Assembly: GCA_965153455.1 (NCBI GenBank)
Contig: OZ234493.1
Coordinates: 930,001-994,000 of the forward strand
Origin: Sphagnum compactum
Taxonomy: Eukaryota
Length of the DNA stretch: 64,000 nt
Direction: 5' to 3'
Positions within the stretch are counted from its first letter, which is position 1; each line of letters starts with the position of its first letter. Below are positions 1 to 13,420 of this stretch, one piece after another. Position numbers and translations under genes: made by a program. The notes beneath the pieces were generated by a model. It worked only from the letters and a program-made list of their open reading frames with translations, did no database searches and was not told where the DNA came from.

Positions 1-189
1 GGTTTTTGGATGCAGATTCAAGCTTGATCATTTAGTCCCTCTTCTTAGTCTAATCCCGGGGCTTCCAACTCGACCCTCTACCCCTTTCTAGAGTTGGAAG
101 TCGGGAGCGTGCCTTGTGGTCCCAACTTTCCGCAATTTCACATTGGTGAACCCTCAAGTGGGTTCACCCCGGGACCGAGGAGCGCGTCA
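1..189. repeat. End of an LTR-like repeat, cut by the window edge
   Basis: GC-rich block with internal palindromes (TGAACCCTCAAGTGGGTTCA; CTTCCAACTC..GAGTTGGAAG) ending in ...GCGCGTCA, then an abrupt change to AT-rich DNA. Confidence 0.5.
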
Positions 190-594
190 GGAGAGGTGAA
201 CTATTTTCAAGAGGAGTAAGTTGATGCACTTGCATTCAAGACCTTAATGTCCATGTTGTTTTATGCATGAAAGTTGCAAATGAGAATTTTGGTTCAAACT
301 TAAGACATTTGTCTTTCACTCTATCTTTTTCGTTGTAGGTTAATGTTTGTTTGTTTATAAGACCTTAAGATATTTGTCATGAAATGACTTGGTTATGTGC
401 ATGAAGCTAGCAAACTAGAGTTTTGATTTAGATTTCAAACATTTGTTTTTCATTTTATATTTGTCATGGTGATTCAATTTTCTCAAACTTTAAACCTTGA
501 GACACTTGTCATGGAGTTGATTATGTGCATGATACTAGTAAATTAAAGTTGTAATTCAGATTCTAGACTTTTGACATTTGACTGTCACTTTGTA

Positions 595-990
595 CTAGTG
601 TAGCCTGTGCCATTGACCCAACTGTGAACTAGTTACTCAACTAATGTTTCCTTGCAAATCCATTTTTGGTAATTTAATTGAATTTCCAATGACAATACTT
701 ACTCAGAATTCAATATCTCCCACACCTCATGGCTAAAAATTTCCAAATCACCTTCATGAAGTCCTTCTCATCAAGGGTTTTCCTAAAATACCAAAAGTTC
801 ACTGAAACTCCCTAATATATTTTAGTTTGATTTAAATGAATTTTTAATGAAAATATTGCTCAATATTCAATAATTTCTCCAATGTAGGTTGAAACATTAT
901 GAAACTAACTTGGTGCACCCAACTTAATCAAGGTTTTCCAACAATACCAAGATATGGCAAGAGGCACCATGAATAGATGCTTGATGTTAT
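595..990 (-). mobile_element. Helitron-like element, same family as 22214-22652
   Basis: The minus-strand 3' end reads TGGGTCAATGGCACAGGCTACACTAG|T, and the internal sequence (TTTCCAACAATACCAAG, TGCACCC) is shared with the family. The 5' boundary is approximate. Confidence 0.65.
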
Positions 991-2889
991 TTTTAAAAAA
1001 AAATCAAGTGAGAAGGAAAACCTAAGTAACTAACATCTAATTACTCTTTTAAATGTTTCTTAGAATTTTTTTATTAAGGCCTTATAGTCGCACTACAACC
1101 AATTCTTAGGGAGGTGATTGATGCAAATCAATTTGCTTTTCTCCATAAACCTAGCATCTTTTTTATCTCACTGCTTGGACACATCTTTCTAATTTAGCTA
1201 GAAATTTTGTGTGAGCATTGGACTCCATAATTTGGTTACATTCATTTTGAGAACTTCTTTCAACTTGAGTAATTCTTTCCCTAATTTAATGTTGTATCTT
1301 GCCATTTTTATTTGTCTTTTTCACCTCCAATACCTAGGGTCAAACATTCAAAATAGTTTTTTGCACAATCAAAAAGTTTTAGCCTACCTTGGGCGTTAAC
1401 CCCCAAAAGGGAGTTGAGATCCCAATTATGGTGGTGGGGTGAACAGGTAGCACTGTTGAAATACAACACTAAACGAGGGAGGCAAATATTGAACCAGAAA
1501 AAGCACTCATTTGGAACGCATCCAAAAAATGGCAAGAAGCCTTTGCCATTAACACATGGAAAGTTAAACTTGACCATAATATTCAAATTGAGTGTCTTTC
1601 CTAAGAGAAAACATGCCAAAAAAAAAGCCAAAAAAATATCCTTCAATATTACAATCTTTTATTTTTAAAACGACCTTAACAAAGTAAATTAAAAACTTTT
1701 TCAAATATCATTATGAAACCGTTAAGCATTTTATTAACTTTATAATAAGTTGCATATCAAGTTTCAAAAAATTTAATGTAAAAAATATGTAACAAATACA
1801 TTTTAAACTAGCCATGTAAAATGTGATAGAACATAGGGGCAGTTTACACTAGAGGGCTTGGGCTTGGGACCACACAAATTTAAAATCCCTCATTAGTCCA
1901 AACTATGAAGGGTGGTTAGTTTGGGTTTATACTAGGGTGAAGTAGGGCCCAAGCCCAAGCCAATGACTTTGGATGAAAAAACTTGTTGGAATATTACATT
2001 CATAGTTGTGAATGATATTGCTTCGACCTTTGGTATTTTTTCAGGCTTACTTCGAAGAGGTGGGCCTAATAGCGAAGTCCATGGGTTCCAAAATAATCGT
2101 AATTGTTGATTTATGATATTTTATCTATGTTTATAATTTTTTTGAAAGATAAAATTGGAGGGAAATTTTGGTGGGTCCTTGTAAAAAAAATTCCCTTTAA
2201 TGTTTAAACAAAATAATGAAAAAATCATTTTTTTGGCTGAAAAATAAAGTGAAGGGAATTTTTAATCGATAGCCCCACAAAATGGCCACCCCTTGAGCCC
2301 TAAAACAACAATAAAATGCCAAGTATTTAATGAGTGAGGAATGAAACATGGGGGAATTGGACAACATGTTCTGCCCACCAAATTAAAGGGTTTTCAATTT
2401 CAATTGGTCACACAACCAACCGCCAATATAATTGTAATTTGTTCTTTAAGGTGGACATGATTGCATCATCACTTGATACAATATTTTCAACATAACATGG
2501 GATTTTTTGCAATATTTGCAATTGAATTTTTCAATAAACAAGAGAAGTACAGACTTCTACAGTGATTTTCATATTCATATTGTTGTGTGAATTTTTTGTA
2601 ATATCAAAAATATAATGAAATGATTCATTCTTAGACACATAGTTTTGAAGTAAGGATAGATGTAGGTACTTTGTAGCAAAAACTACAAACTTTGTTTTTG
2701 ATACCACAGACAACATGCATAATTTAATAATACACAAGTATTTTTTAAGGTTCCATTAACTTGAAAGTAGAAAAAGTTCAATATTTCATCTACTTGCAAC
2801 CCATTTTGTAAGATCGAAAATTTCTTGCAAGTAGTTTCAATTTTAATAAAATCTACTTAAATATACATGAAGATGTTCATTTTTTAAAA

Positions 2890-4331
2890 TTACAATATTA
2901 AAGCTCTGAAATGGATTAATGCACACCAAGGATGATACAAGTGTGTACATGTAGAAATCACAATGTCATTATGCGGGAATGCACATAGACAAACAACACA
3001 AGGCAAGATTTTCAAGAAATTGAGCTTGTCAACTTTAACATTAGGATTACATAAAGGATGGGGGTATAGGGATAATCCATCACCCTTCTTCATGAGAGCA
3101 ACATGTTGCTCCCCCAAAGAAGCATACTGCAACTCACAAAATACCCCCCTCTGTTCTAATTCCCTTAGCTCAATTTCCTTCACATCTCATTTAGCTCACA
3201 CTTTCTTACATTGAGCTTCATGTTTGATGTTTAAATTCCTTTAACATTTCTCTTGCATCCTCTAATCAAGTAGAACATTTGATTCCAACTTCAGTTGCCC
3301 CTGCATAATTGGTTTTGGTGACAAAGGAACTACATTACCCAAATTTGCAGGATCAATGGAATCCTTTGGCAAAGACTCTGAGGGTCTTTCAACACTTATG
3401 GGATTCAAGTTGCAAGCCAATTGTCGTTGAAGCTCATCAGCCTCCAAGGCTTTTTTTTTTTCCATCTTTTCAAGCAAAGATGTTTGCATTAACTCCATAA
3501 ACATCCAAACGGTGCATGCTTGATCAACAAGCCATTGTTTCTCCTTCATCACATGTTCAACTTGAAACTTAAATGCTTCAAGTTCCATTGACACGAGTTG
3601 CAACAATTGAGACACCTCACTTGCCAATCTCAAATTCCATTCCTTCAAAATCGATGGTCTTTCAATTGCACGCGATGTCTTAACTATCTCAGTCTTTGTT
3701 GCTTTTGTTATAGACTCACTTTCAAGGTGTGAGTCCCGCTTCCCATGCATTGATTTTAGTGCTTTCAACTCCTTCCTTTGTAGCTCCATCTTTTTTAACA
3801 ATTTGAAAAACTTGGAGTGTTAGTAGGTGTTAGTTTCCTTAGCAAGTGCCGCCCAACTAATGGGTGTCCCAAACTTCTCTACAATAATGCCAAGAACAAA
3901 CTCCTTTGTGATGAGCTTTGTGTAAGGCATCTCCATATTTCCATAACATAAGGCCCATATCTTTTCAACTTTTGTTTTGTTTTCAACTTGTCACGACATT
4001 TGGTGTATCAAAAACTCGACCAAGGAGTGCCCTTACCGAATACCTCCACAAGCTTTTCTTATGTAATGTTTCTTCTTGCCTTCAATTTATGGGGATTAGT
4101 ACCACTTCCACTCAAGCCTATCCTCATGAAATGACCAAAGTCTTTCTTTGGAGGAGGTTTTTTCAGCCTTTCCATTTTTTGATCTAGCTCCATTTTATTC
4201 TTTGCACTATTAAACCTATTAGATTTTGTGTCTAGGGTAATGTCATTGCTTTCAAAACCCTCCTCTTCTTCAAAATGATTTTCAATGTTTTTCGACTTCA
4301 TTTTTTCGAACCTCACTTTTGTCAAAAGCAA
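2890..4331 (-). pseudogene. Decayed gene: novel N-terminal domain + coiled coil + RING-H2-like (copy 1)
   Basis: Joins ORFs 4059-4331, 3262-3801 and 2890-3183 plus the intervening frames. Reads NPHK..IT*EKLVEVFGK..WALCYGNMEMPYTKLITKEFVLGIIVEKFGTPISWAALA, then an E/K/L-rich heptad region, then PCVVC..STCTHLYHPWC. The last two RING Cys are lost. Confidence 0.75.
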
Positions 4332-5995
4332 ACAAATTAACTCAAGTACTATGAACAGTTAGCAACATCACACAAAACCCAAAAAAATGTTAACTTGGAT
4401 GTGTGAGTATTTGCTATGAATCGTTGCTGTAGCTCTATAACCTTCACGTTGTAACAGATAAACATAATATGACAAACCAAGAAAACCCTAGGGGACGTGC
4501 TGGGCTAAGAGAGATGACCCTATTTTGATGGGCCTAGGAAACAAATTTGATGAAATCTAAAGTGTTGACACCTATCCAGATAGGTTGAGTGAGAAACCAT
4601 TTTGAGCTTATACCTCACATTTCTTGTTTCATGATGGGTCCCTAAAATAATATAGGCCAAAATCAATTTGGCACATTTATGAGTTAAGTGTCACTTATTT
4701 TTGTCGTGTTTAATCATGTGACCAACTAGATTTGAATAAAAAAAACTTTCATTTAAAACAATATTGGCTCAACCAGGACCATAGTTTAAATCAATAGACC
4801 AAACTAATTTTTAGCAAAAAATGTTATGTGTACATTATTATACAAGTTGTGTACTTTTAATATTGACCCTTTTGACTCCATCTATCTACACCATACCTTG
4901 CAAACACCCCATTGTTCCATTACAGATAGCAATAGGAGGCTTTGGGTATTCAAGTGGAAGCATTGACTGAGGAGAGGAAGGAGAAGGAAAATGTTTAGAC
5001 AAATTTGGAATTGGTGAATCTAAAGAGTGTTTTTATGTTTAATTCTGAAAAACTTAGAAAAAGAACAACATAGGTAAAAAAAGAGAAGTTGATGGAGGCA
5101 ATAGTGTTAAAAGAATCTGTAGTAGCTACAGGCAGTAATTGGAAACTGCAAATGAGCAAAAGAAGAGTCTGGACCCAGCTGGTGTGATGAAAATATAGGA
5201 TATGAACAGATGTTGTACTATTACATTTTGATGAAGAAAAAAAACAAGATGATGGATTCTGATGCAACATCTAAGGAATGGTGGGAAGTTACAGAGGAGT
5301 ATTTTGCAAAAGAGTTGGAGAAAAATCTGGCCCAACATAGAGCTGATGAAAGCACTATAAGAAATCATGGTTTTTTTAAATGTTCAACTTGACTAAAGTG
5401 TCCACATTGATCAAAAGGATGTTCGTCATGAAAGACACATGGTTCTTTTGGTTAGTGTTTTTGATTGAAGCAACCATTTTGACCAAGTGTTAAGTCATAC
5501 ATCCAATCAAGAAGAACAAATTTTTTAAATGGTCCATCAAAATGCCCACGGTTTAATCAAATCGGCCATACTAAATGGCCATGCTTAGTCAAATTGGCCA
5601 TATCAATTTGGTTAATTAACCTACTTATTACGCCTATTAAGGTACCTACCTACCTATTTTCCTAACACATACCCACCTATTTACTTACCATCTACTTACT
5701 AACTATTATTTACGTACTATTTACCAAAATTACCTATTTATCTACCTACCTACCTATATTTTTTATATATTTACTTATCTACTATCTACCTACATACCTA
5801 CCTATAGTTTACATAAGTAGGTATGAACATTTAAAAACATAAGTAGGTAGGCATGTATACCTACCTATCTACCTAGTTAGGTACCTACTAACCTACTTAT
5901 GAAAAAATTGAAGTTTAAATGTTGTTATACACATTGACAAAAAAATTCATGGATACATGTTAAATCCATTTGGTATCATACTGTTTTACAAAGTA

Positions 5996-6061
5996 GTGAG
6001 GTGGTTTGATGGCCAAGACATTGGTGTGGAACCAAGGAGACCAAGGTTCAATCCCCTTCAC
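5996..6061 (+). other. tRNA-derived pseudo-element (pol III A/B-box-like)
   Basis: Shows an acceptor-like stem GTGAGG/CTTCAC, an A-box-like TGGTTTGATGG, a TTGGT/ACCAA stem and a B-box-like GGTTCAATCCC. The geometry is not that of a functional tRNA. Confidence 0.55.
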
Positions 6062-9000
6062 GAACATATACTATGTGAAGTATGTATATTCGTATATATA
6101 CCTTGTACATGTGTGTAAATGTATAGTATCTAGGCGGGTTGTGGATAGGTTAGTAGGAGGCCATGGTGGGTAGGTAGGTCATGGGTGTTTGGAGTAGATA
6201 TTTACTATTTATTTATTATTTGCATTTTTATATTTACAAATTGAACTATTTTCTTAATTAAATTTTTTTGGTTGCCCACATTTTTGTCCAATTTGACTAG
6301 TCAAAACATTAGTACAAAAGTGGGGTGTAGTTCATTAGCCTAAATTTTTTTCTTCTAATTTTTTTGAAATTTATAATTTGGGGGAAGTTTTGGAAACTTC
6401 CCTTACAAAATTGTTGCTCTTTAATGTTTAATCATAATGGTTTTTTAAAAAAAATTGAAAAAAAAATTTGGGGGAATTCTTTTTGCCCCCCTCACAAATT
6501 TGTTATCCCTCAAGGTTTAAACATTATTAGAGAAAAAAATTGTGCCTTTCTTTTAATATTTTGAAAAGAAAATAAAAGGGAAATTTTGGTAGTCCCCCCC
6601 CTCCCCCCCCCAATTATTATCCCTTAAACCCAAAACATAGCCATCACAACAAGTTTTTTTTTCTCATCCATGATGTGTGATTGTTTATGAAAGGTGCAAA
6701 GAGGAAAAAACAAACAAAAAATATAGAATGAAAGAAAAAAAAACTTAGAGTGATCAAGGGGAAAAAGATAGGAAATGAATAAAAAGTTGAGGTAATCACA
6801 TTCCAAGCTTTATTTTAACAAAATATATATATATATATTAAAAAAATGGCCGAGGCCCATTCTTTTGGTCCAAATTGAGTTTATAATGTGAACAAAGGCT
6901 CTTGAGCCATGGCCCATGGTTTTTCTCATGGTTTCATCCAAAAAGTGAGGTACCATTAGGTTCTATAGACCATGGCCCAAGACTTGTAGTCTAAACAACC
7001 CTTTAATTTTAAATTAAAGATTTGACAAAATATGATTTTACTATGCAAAAGTCTAAAATAATGAGCCATTGACTTGAAGTGTTACTGGCAATATTAGGAA
7101 ATTCAATGCCTTGGAAACTCGACTCCAAAGAGTTACTTAATGGGCCGAGAGGAATGGTTTTCAATAGCATCAAATGGCATGAAGTCGAATTAGAAAAAGT
7201 TATATGTGATGGATTTTGCTCCTCTCTGCAATGGATTTTGTCTATTTGTTACCCTTTTAAAAAAAACCTTTTACCTTTAGCTTTATAATGCAAGAATGGC
7301 TAAGAAATTAAGAACCTCTTCACTTTATAGTTAGCACTTACTTCTTGGATTTCGGTTTCACGTTTTGTGGGTCTTTCCATGCATCAAAACCCTGCAAAAA
7401 AAAAATCATTTATAAACACATTGCTGTTTCTGAAAATGTACAAAGGTATTAGAAAAAGGGAGAATTTAAAGTATGTCAAGTTAGCACAAACTAGATGTCA
7501 AAATCTCCCCACCTCAACAAGCTACCATCTGTAATAGGTCATCACATGATGATGAGGGATGTGTCACAAAGGAGTGGAAGTCAGGAAGTAGTCAGGCCTA
7601 TGGCTATTGCTCAACTTAAGATGAAAGATGCTTGCATTCTTTGTAACTAATTGAAACTTTTGTAATTGAATTTTTTTTTAAAACAAAGACTGGTACTTCT
7701 ACCCATGTAAATTTTTTATAGAAAAGGCTCATGTCCTGCTGACACATGATGATGGCCTACCGCTACAGATAATTCTGAAAACAAATTTATGTCTAAGGAG
7801 TTGGGATCTGTAAGATTGACCACATAGGTATACTAACTGTATCTGGTGTCTCAAGTTACAATTGTCCATGACCCTTTAGCCAATGGTCATCATTCCATTT
7901 ATGGTGCATTCACACTTGACGTTAAGTCAGTGTTGAATGAAAGTCTAGGTGGCATCTAATTTGAAGACTTTCCAATTTGAGCAACAATGCAAACTTTCTT
8001 CAAGTGATAAAAAAAAGGTTGCTTCACATTAAGCCCGGGGCCTACTCATGAGTATCAGATTTCAAAATTGGCATATTTTTTCAAAAGAAATGTCCATGGA
8101 TTTGCAAAATTATAACAGGGAATTTGTACCTCATAATTGAGGATTTATGTTTTATTTCAAAAATCACACTCTTTTTTGTGTGGAAGAGGGGCTTATAAAT
8201 TGTGTTTGTTTTTGGTCTCAACCAGTAGGGATCTGGCTTTCCATCACATACATTCCTTCATTCAACAATTTAAAAAATACCCATCTGATTTCTTAACTTT
8301 TGTTAAACACCCAACTCATCATGGGCATTAGAACAAAGACCAATGAAAACACCCATGACTTAAACATACACAAGAAAATTATAGTTCAACACTATAAAGT
8401 GATTTGCAAAGTCAATGTAATAAGGAACTAGAACCCCCAGTTTAGCTGAAACAGGGAATGAGATGCCAAAATGCTGCCCAAAAGAAAGTATGTTGCTATA
8501 AAATGAATTATGAAATTGTTTTTGCCACCATTGTTAGTAGTGGTAAAAGTAATTACATCCTAAATCCCACTTATATCACATTTGACAATTACTCTTACAC
8601 TAAGTATTCAACAACTATTTTGCATTTATTATTATTCCATGTCAAGTTTGAGAGGGTGATTCTCTATTAAGGGGCTTTAAGGATAGCTCACTATTAGACA
8701 TGAAAATGTAAATGGAGGCCCAAATGCAAAATGAAACATGCCGTAACTTTGTGGATTTCTTTAATACGTATAAAAATAATGCAAATATGGAATCAAGATG
8801 AAAACAAAACAAAATGTGATGAAGTATAAAAATAATAGTGTAACCATGAAATTTAATACAGGATGATAAACCAAAGTATAAGGAAATGATTTCATTTTAC
8901 CTTTCACTAGTATTGTTTAAATTAAAGGCAAGCAGTCATTTACACATGTACTCTTATTTATGAAGGGAAGTCTTATAGATTTTTCGTACATCCTTCCATA

Positions 9001-10299
9001 GGACTTGTCATCTAAGAAAACAAATTAAATGTGAAATCTTTTTTGACGCATGAACACATCAATCATTGGATGAAATTATTAATTATGGGATTTAATAGTA
9101 GAAATTTTATGTTATTCTCCAAAATATTTTGAATATTTTGAAATATTTTCTGGGGGCATATTTCTTAATTTATCTATGAACTCTGATATGGATGAACTTA
9201 TTTTGAGCTTTGTTGATGCATCCATCAAAGTGCAGAAATCTCAACAAAATTTGTTCTTCTGTGTGGTGTGCAGCATTGGGAAATTATTTAGATTTTCAAA
9301 TAACAATCATATCTAGTTTCTTTTTATTAACATATGAAAAAATTGTGGGGTTCTAAAGATTTCAAAAGAAAATTCAAGTTAATTCTTTGCAAAATTAATT
9401 ATCTTTTAATTGATACAACTTGTCCACGGGGGAGTCAGTTACATTTGTACACAATTAATGTTATTTCCAAATAAGGTATTTACTTTGGAAATATAATTTA
9501 TGACACATTTAGAAATAAATCAGGCCCCCAAAGCACATTGAAAACATTTATAAATTAGATTAAGTATTTGAAAATATACCTAAAGGTGTTATTTCATTTA
9601 CAAATAAGTTTAGATATTTATCAATTGCCAATAGAAAGCATATTTATAAAATAATAATAATAGATAGTAACATTGATCCTCTTCATAATTAGGTAGAAAA
9701 AAAACAAGCTCAAAATGTAGGGGTACCACAAAATACAAAGATTGGTTCCCTTGAAAACTTTTCACATGGTCATGGTTCTTTAAGTTTTTGAAATGAATAA
9801 AGGAAATGTAATCCATCTAAATGATGGTTATATTTTGGATTTATTCAAAGTCTATGGTTTCAAGTTGTTCACATAATTCTTTATTATCATGTATGTATGT
9901 ATAGGCCATTAGGTCCTAAAATAACTACAATAGTACCTAGGTTGGTTAGGCATTAATTAATTACATTTGAGTTTATTGAAGATTTTGAAAAATACCATGC
10001 CCAAAATTTGAAAAATATTTTCAAGCATACAAGCTTTATTATTTAACATAGTGCCTAATTCTAAAATATTATTATTATTGCTACCAAGGTTAATGACCCC
10101 AAAAAAAAAAAAAAAACCTTGTATATAAAAATAAAGGATGGGAACCCATTTATCAAAAGTACAAGGCAAATGAAAACACAAGTAGACATAACCCAAAGAA
10201 AAAACAAAAACAAGGTAAAAACCTTATGCAAATAGGACCCATGGTTATGAAATGATGATCAATGATAACAAAAAATACCTAAGACGAAAGAACTATCAT

Positions 10300-12620
10300 T
10301 TGCCACAAATTGGCTAGTGACAAAAGTGCATTAACTATGATGTGTGGAAGAGATGAAGAACTTAACCAAGTGTAGCAACCTACTGAAGAATCACTATGGC
10401 TTGCACACACTATAGAGCTATGGACATGCATTGTCGATAATAAAAAACAAGCATCGAAAGGATTAAAGAAGACCACCAATGGCGTGTGATAGTGGTTTGT
10501 GCATAAGTAGTCAAAAATAAATCAAAACGAAAATGAAGACACCCATATGTCTCAATAACAAAGGGAATGCAGTAATTTCCTAATGTTTGATTGGTGTATG
10601 ATCATCTTTTCTCCTAAGGAGGCATCATTGTTGCATGTGCTGTCGTTGTTGATGTTTGTTGCACCATATTTATGTGAGTTGAATTAGTAATGACATCATC
10701 CATTAAAGTTTGAACATTGTCTTTGGTGATAAAGATATCCACTTGTCATTAAATGTGGTAAGGGAAAAGGTGGGAGACCTCCCTCTAAACATGTGTTCCA
10801 TTCTGTAAAACAATAAATGCAAGAGTATCCTGAAATGTGTCGTGGGTTGCTATATGTTCGCTTTTGTAGGGGCACCAAAGTAAATGGTTACCTAGATCGT
10901 CAATGGTATGACCACACTAACATTGTGAAAAATGGGCGATTATAGAATGTGGCAAACCATGACAAGTATGTAATTTTGTAAGAAAATGGGTTAGGGATAA
11001 ACGAAATACAAATGTGATAGGATAATTAATAACAAAATGCTTGCCCCTAGACTCGCACATGAGCGAAGACATGTTCGCACAATATTTGAAGGAGTGTTTA
11101 ATAAAAGTGAAGCAACTTTGTGTTCATGTAGGTGATTTGCCAAAATAGCTTGCAATTGGGGATAAAACTGAACCATTAGGCTCTCAAAAGGTGGGACTTA
11201 AGAGTAAACAACCTGGGGTAACATGGTTCGAGCATGTCATAATGCCATCTGGAATGGAAACGTGCCAGTCTCAACATGTGTTATTGCATCGAGAAGAATA
11301 ACGTGATCAACTTGTTGGAAATAAATGACAAATGCAAGAACGATTAGTGCCCAACACCCCAAGAATGTGGGGGTAATAGTTTGAACCACAAAAAAGAGGC
11401 CGAACTTGCCCGAAGAAGCAAGAAGAATGACTTGATAATGAGCTAAGTGACTAATAAAACGACCAAAAGATCATGCACCAAGTAACTTTTCCAACATAGT
11501 TATGGTATGGGTGTCGAACTCAACGTAATGTTGCAAAATCCATGGAAATGAAAACATTATATGAAACAAATAACTTGAGCACTGGGCATAACACAACAAG
11601 AACATTACAAAAGTCTTTTGAAGATGTGTAAGCATAGGGAGATTAAATATCGTCACAAAATCCTCATGAAGTGCCTTAGCCACAAATAATTCAACGAATG
11701 ATGTGGATCCCACCAATGCGCGCAAAATATGAAAACTCGAGTCAGGAGTAAAAAAGATAGGAAGAAGTGATATAAAATGGTCCAACCCCTGTGGAGACCA
11801 AACTACACATTTCATTAGTAGCACTAAAAGCCATAATGTTAATAAATCCTGTAACAATTGTAAAAACACAGGAACCACATCTGATGTAGGACCTACTATA
11901 TGTGTATCATTTGTTAAAGAAGGGAAAACACAAGTAGGGTGGGTTGTTATTGTAGGGCGAAAAATGTGAAGGTGAGCTAGAGTAAACAATGTTCCTTCCA
12001 ATGGGTCCCCTTGTTGTGTACCAAATTTTGACGAAATGACTATGACATCTCCATGTTGAAAAATTTGAAAAACATACACTAGGGATTGACGTGTGTAAAA
12101 ATGTTGAACAAATGGGAAAAGCTGATCTAAAAAATCAGGCAAAAATCATAATTCTTGAAAAGTGGCTGATTGTGAATCTGAATTAAAGGCATTACAGACA
12201 TCCATTTGTAGCACCACCCAATTTAGATGCAAATCTAACATCGCTTAAATGTCATGAACCATTGTTTCACACCCATCACGAATTGTTACACCAAACTGAT
12301 GAGGACTAAATTGCTTTGTGAAAATATCCTTAAATTAAATAGCAAGAGTGTGAGCAATTAGATGATAAGTCAATTCATTGATCACGATGAAATGTATGCA
12401 TTCGGATTACTTTTCCAACACTATGAATCAAAATGTAAAAAACAAACACAATACTGAAGGTGGAACATGACTTCGAACAATGTGCTCACATACTTTGAAA
12501 AAGCGGTCGAAAACAATCGCAAAATCATTAAAAAAAACACTTTGTTGCCAACCCAACCCAGGTACTACTTTATAATTATTCCATTTCAAAATCTCAACTT
12601 CTTTTATCATTGTTTTTATC
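10300..12620 (-). mobile_element. Degenerate non-LTR retrotransposon with RT, CCHC knuckle and restriction-like endonuclease (CRE-clade-like)
   Basis: Minus-strand translation across stops gives FSPHQFGV..DGCETMVH, LQMDVCNAFNS, GTQQGDPLEGTLF and FPSLTNDTHIVG (decayed xADD). It continues RSCASLGA, GLPH..C*CGHTIDDLGNHLLWC..E...HD and QVDI..D..IETYGCLH, an RLE-type C-terminus. Boundaries are approximate. Confidence 0.85.
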
Positions 12621-12809
12621 TCTTTCTCACATATCCTTTACTATTTTTCATTTAAAGTCCATATAATAATTGCGTGTGTGTGTCTTTGTGTCATTCATTC
12701 CTACCTGTTTCAAGCTTATTTACTTAACCCCCTTGTCCAATACACCTATAATATATACACACATGAAAAGGCACATTTATGTGGCTTTTCATGTCCATGT
12801 TATCTATGC

Positions 12810-13420
12810 TGAATTGTGATAGATTGTGTTTTTATATGATAAATTGTTAATTTAAATGAATCCTTTCAATGAATTTCTAAAATTGTGATGGCAAAAACAA
12901 TCTCGTTGAATTTATTTTACACATTATGATTACAAAATGTTCACTCATGAAGATTTATTTTTTGAAAATTGGGATTGTAGAAATATTCATTATGAAAAGT
13001 TTTATTACAAATTACATTGCAAGAATCCTCTTAATGAATTTCTCTTTTTTTCTACTTATTGTGATTGTAGGAATCTTAAGGACAATCTTTTAAAAATAAA
13101 TATGATTGTAGAAATGATCATGATATATTTTTTAGTTTTGCAAATTGCGATTGTAGGAATCCTCTTAATGAGTTTTTTTGCCCTTGCATATTGCAATTGA
13201 AAAATGTTAATTCATGATATATTTATTTTTATTTATTTTGCAAATTGTGATTGCAAGAATTCCCCTAATGCTTTTTTAAATGAATGAATGAATTTTTTTG
13301 GGTGGCCAACTTGCAATTGTAAGAATGTTCATATACTTTTTTAAATTAAAAAAATTGATGACAAAATGCTCATTCATGATTAGTTCTTCCTACAAATTGT
13401 GATTGCATAAATCCTCAAGA
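12810..13420. repeat. Degenerate tandem array (~45-50-bp units)
   Basis: Recurrent AAATTGTGATTGYARRAATCCTCTTAATG / ATGTTCATTCATGA motifs. Confidence 0.7.

Noticed and set aside
1211-1668. Overlapping short ORFs, including 1308-1646 with SPHHH
   Set aside because: No recognisable domain; the resemblance to an HUH/Helitron Rep motif is too weak to support.
5996-6061. Functional tRNA gene
   Set aside because: It is too short, with a 5-nt anticodon-like loop and imperfect stems, so it is kept only as a tRNA-derived relic.
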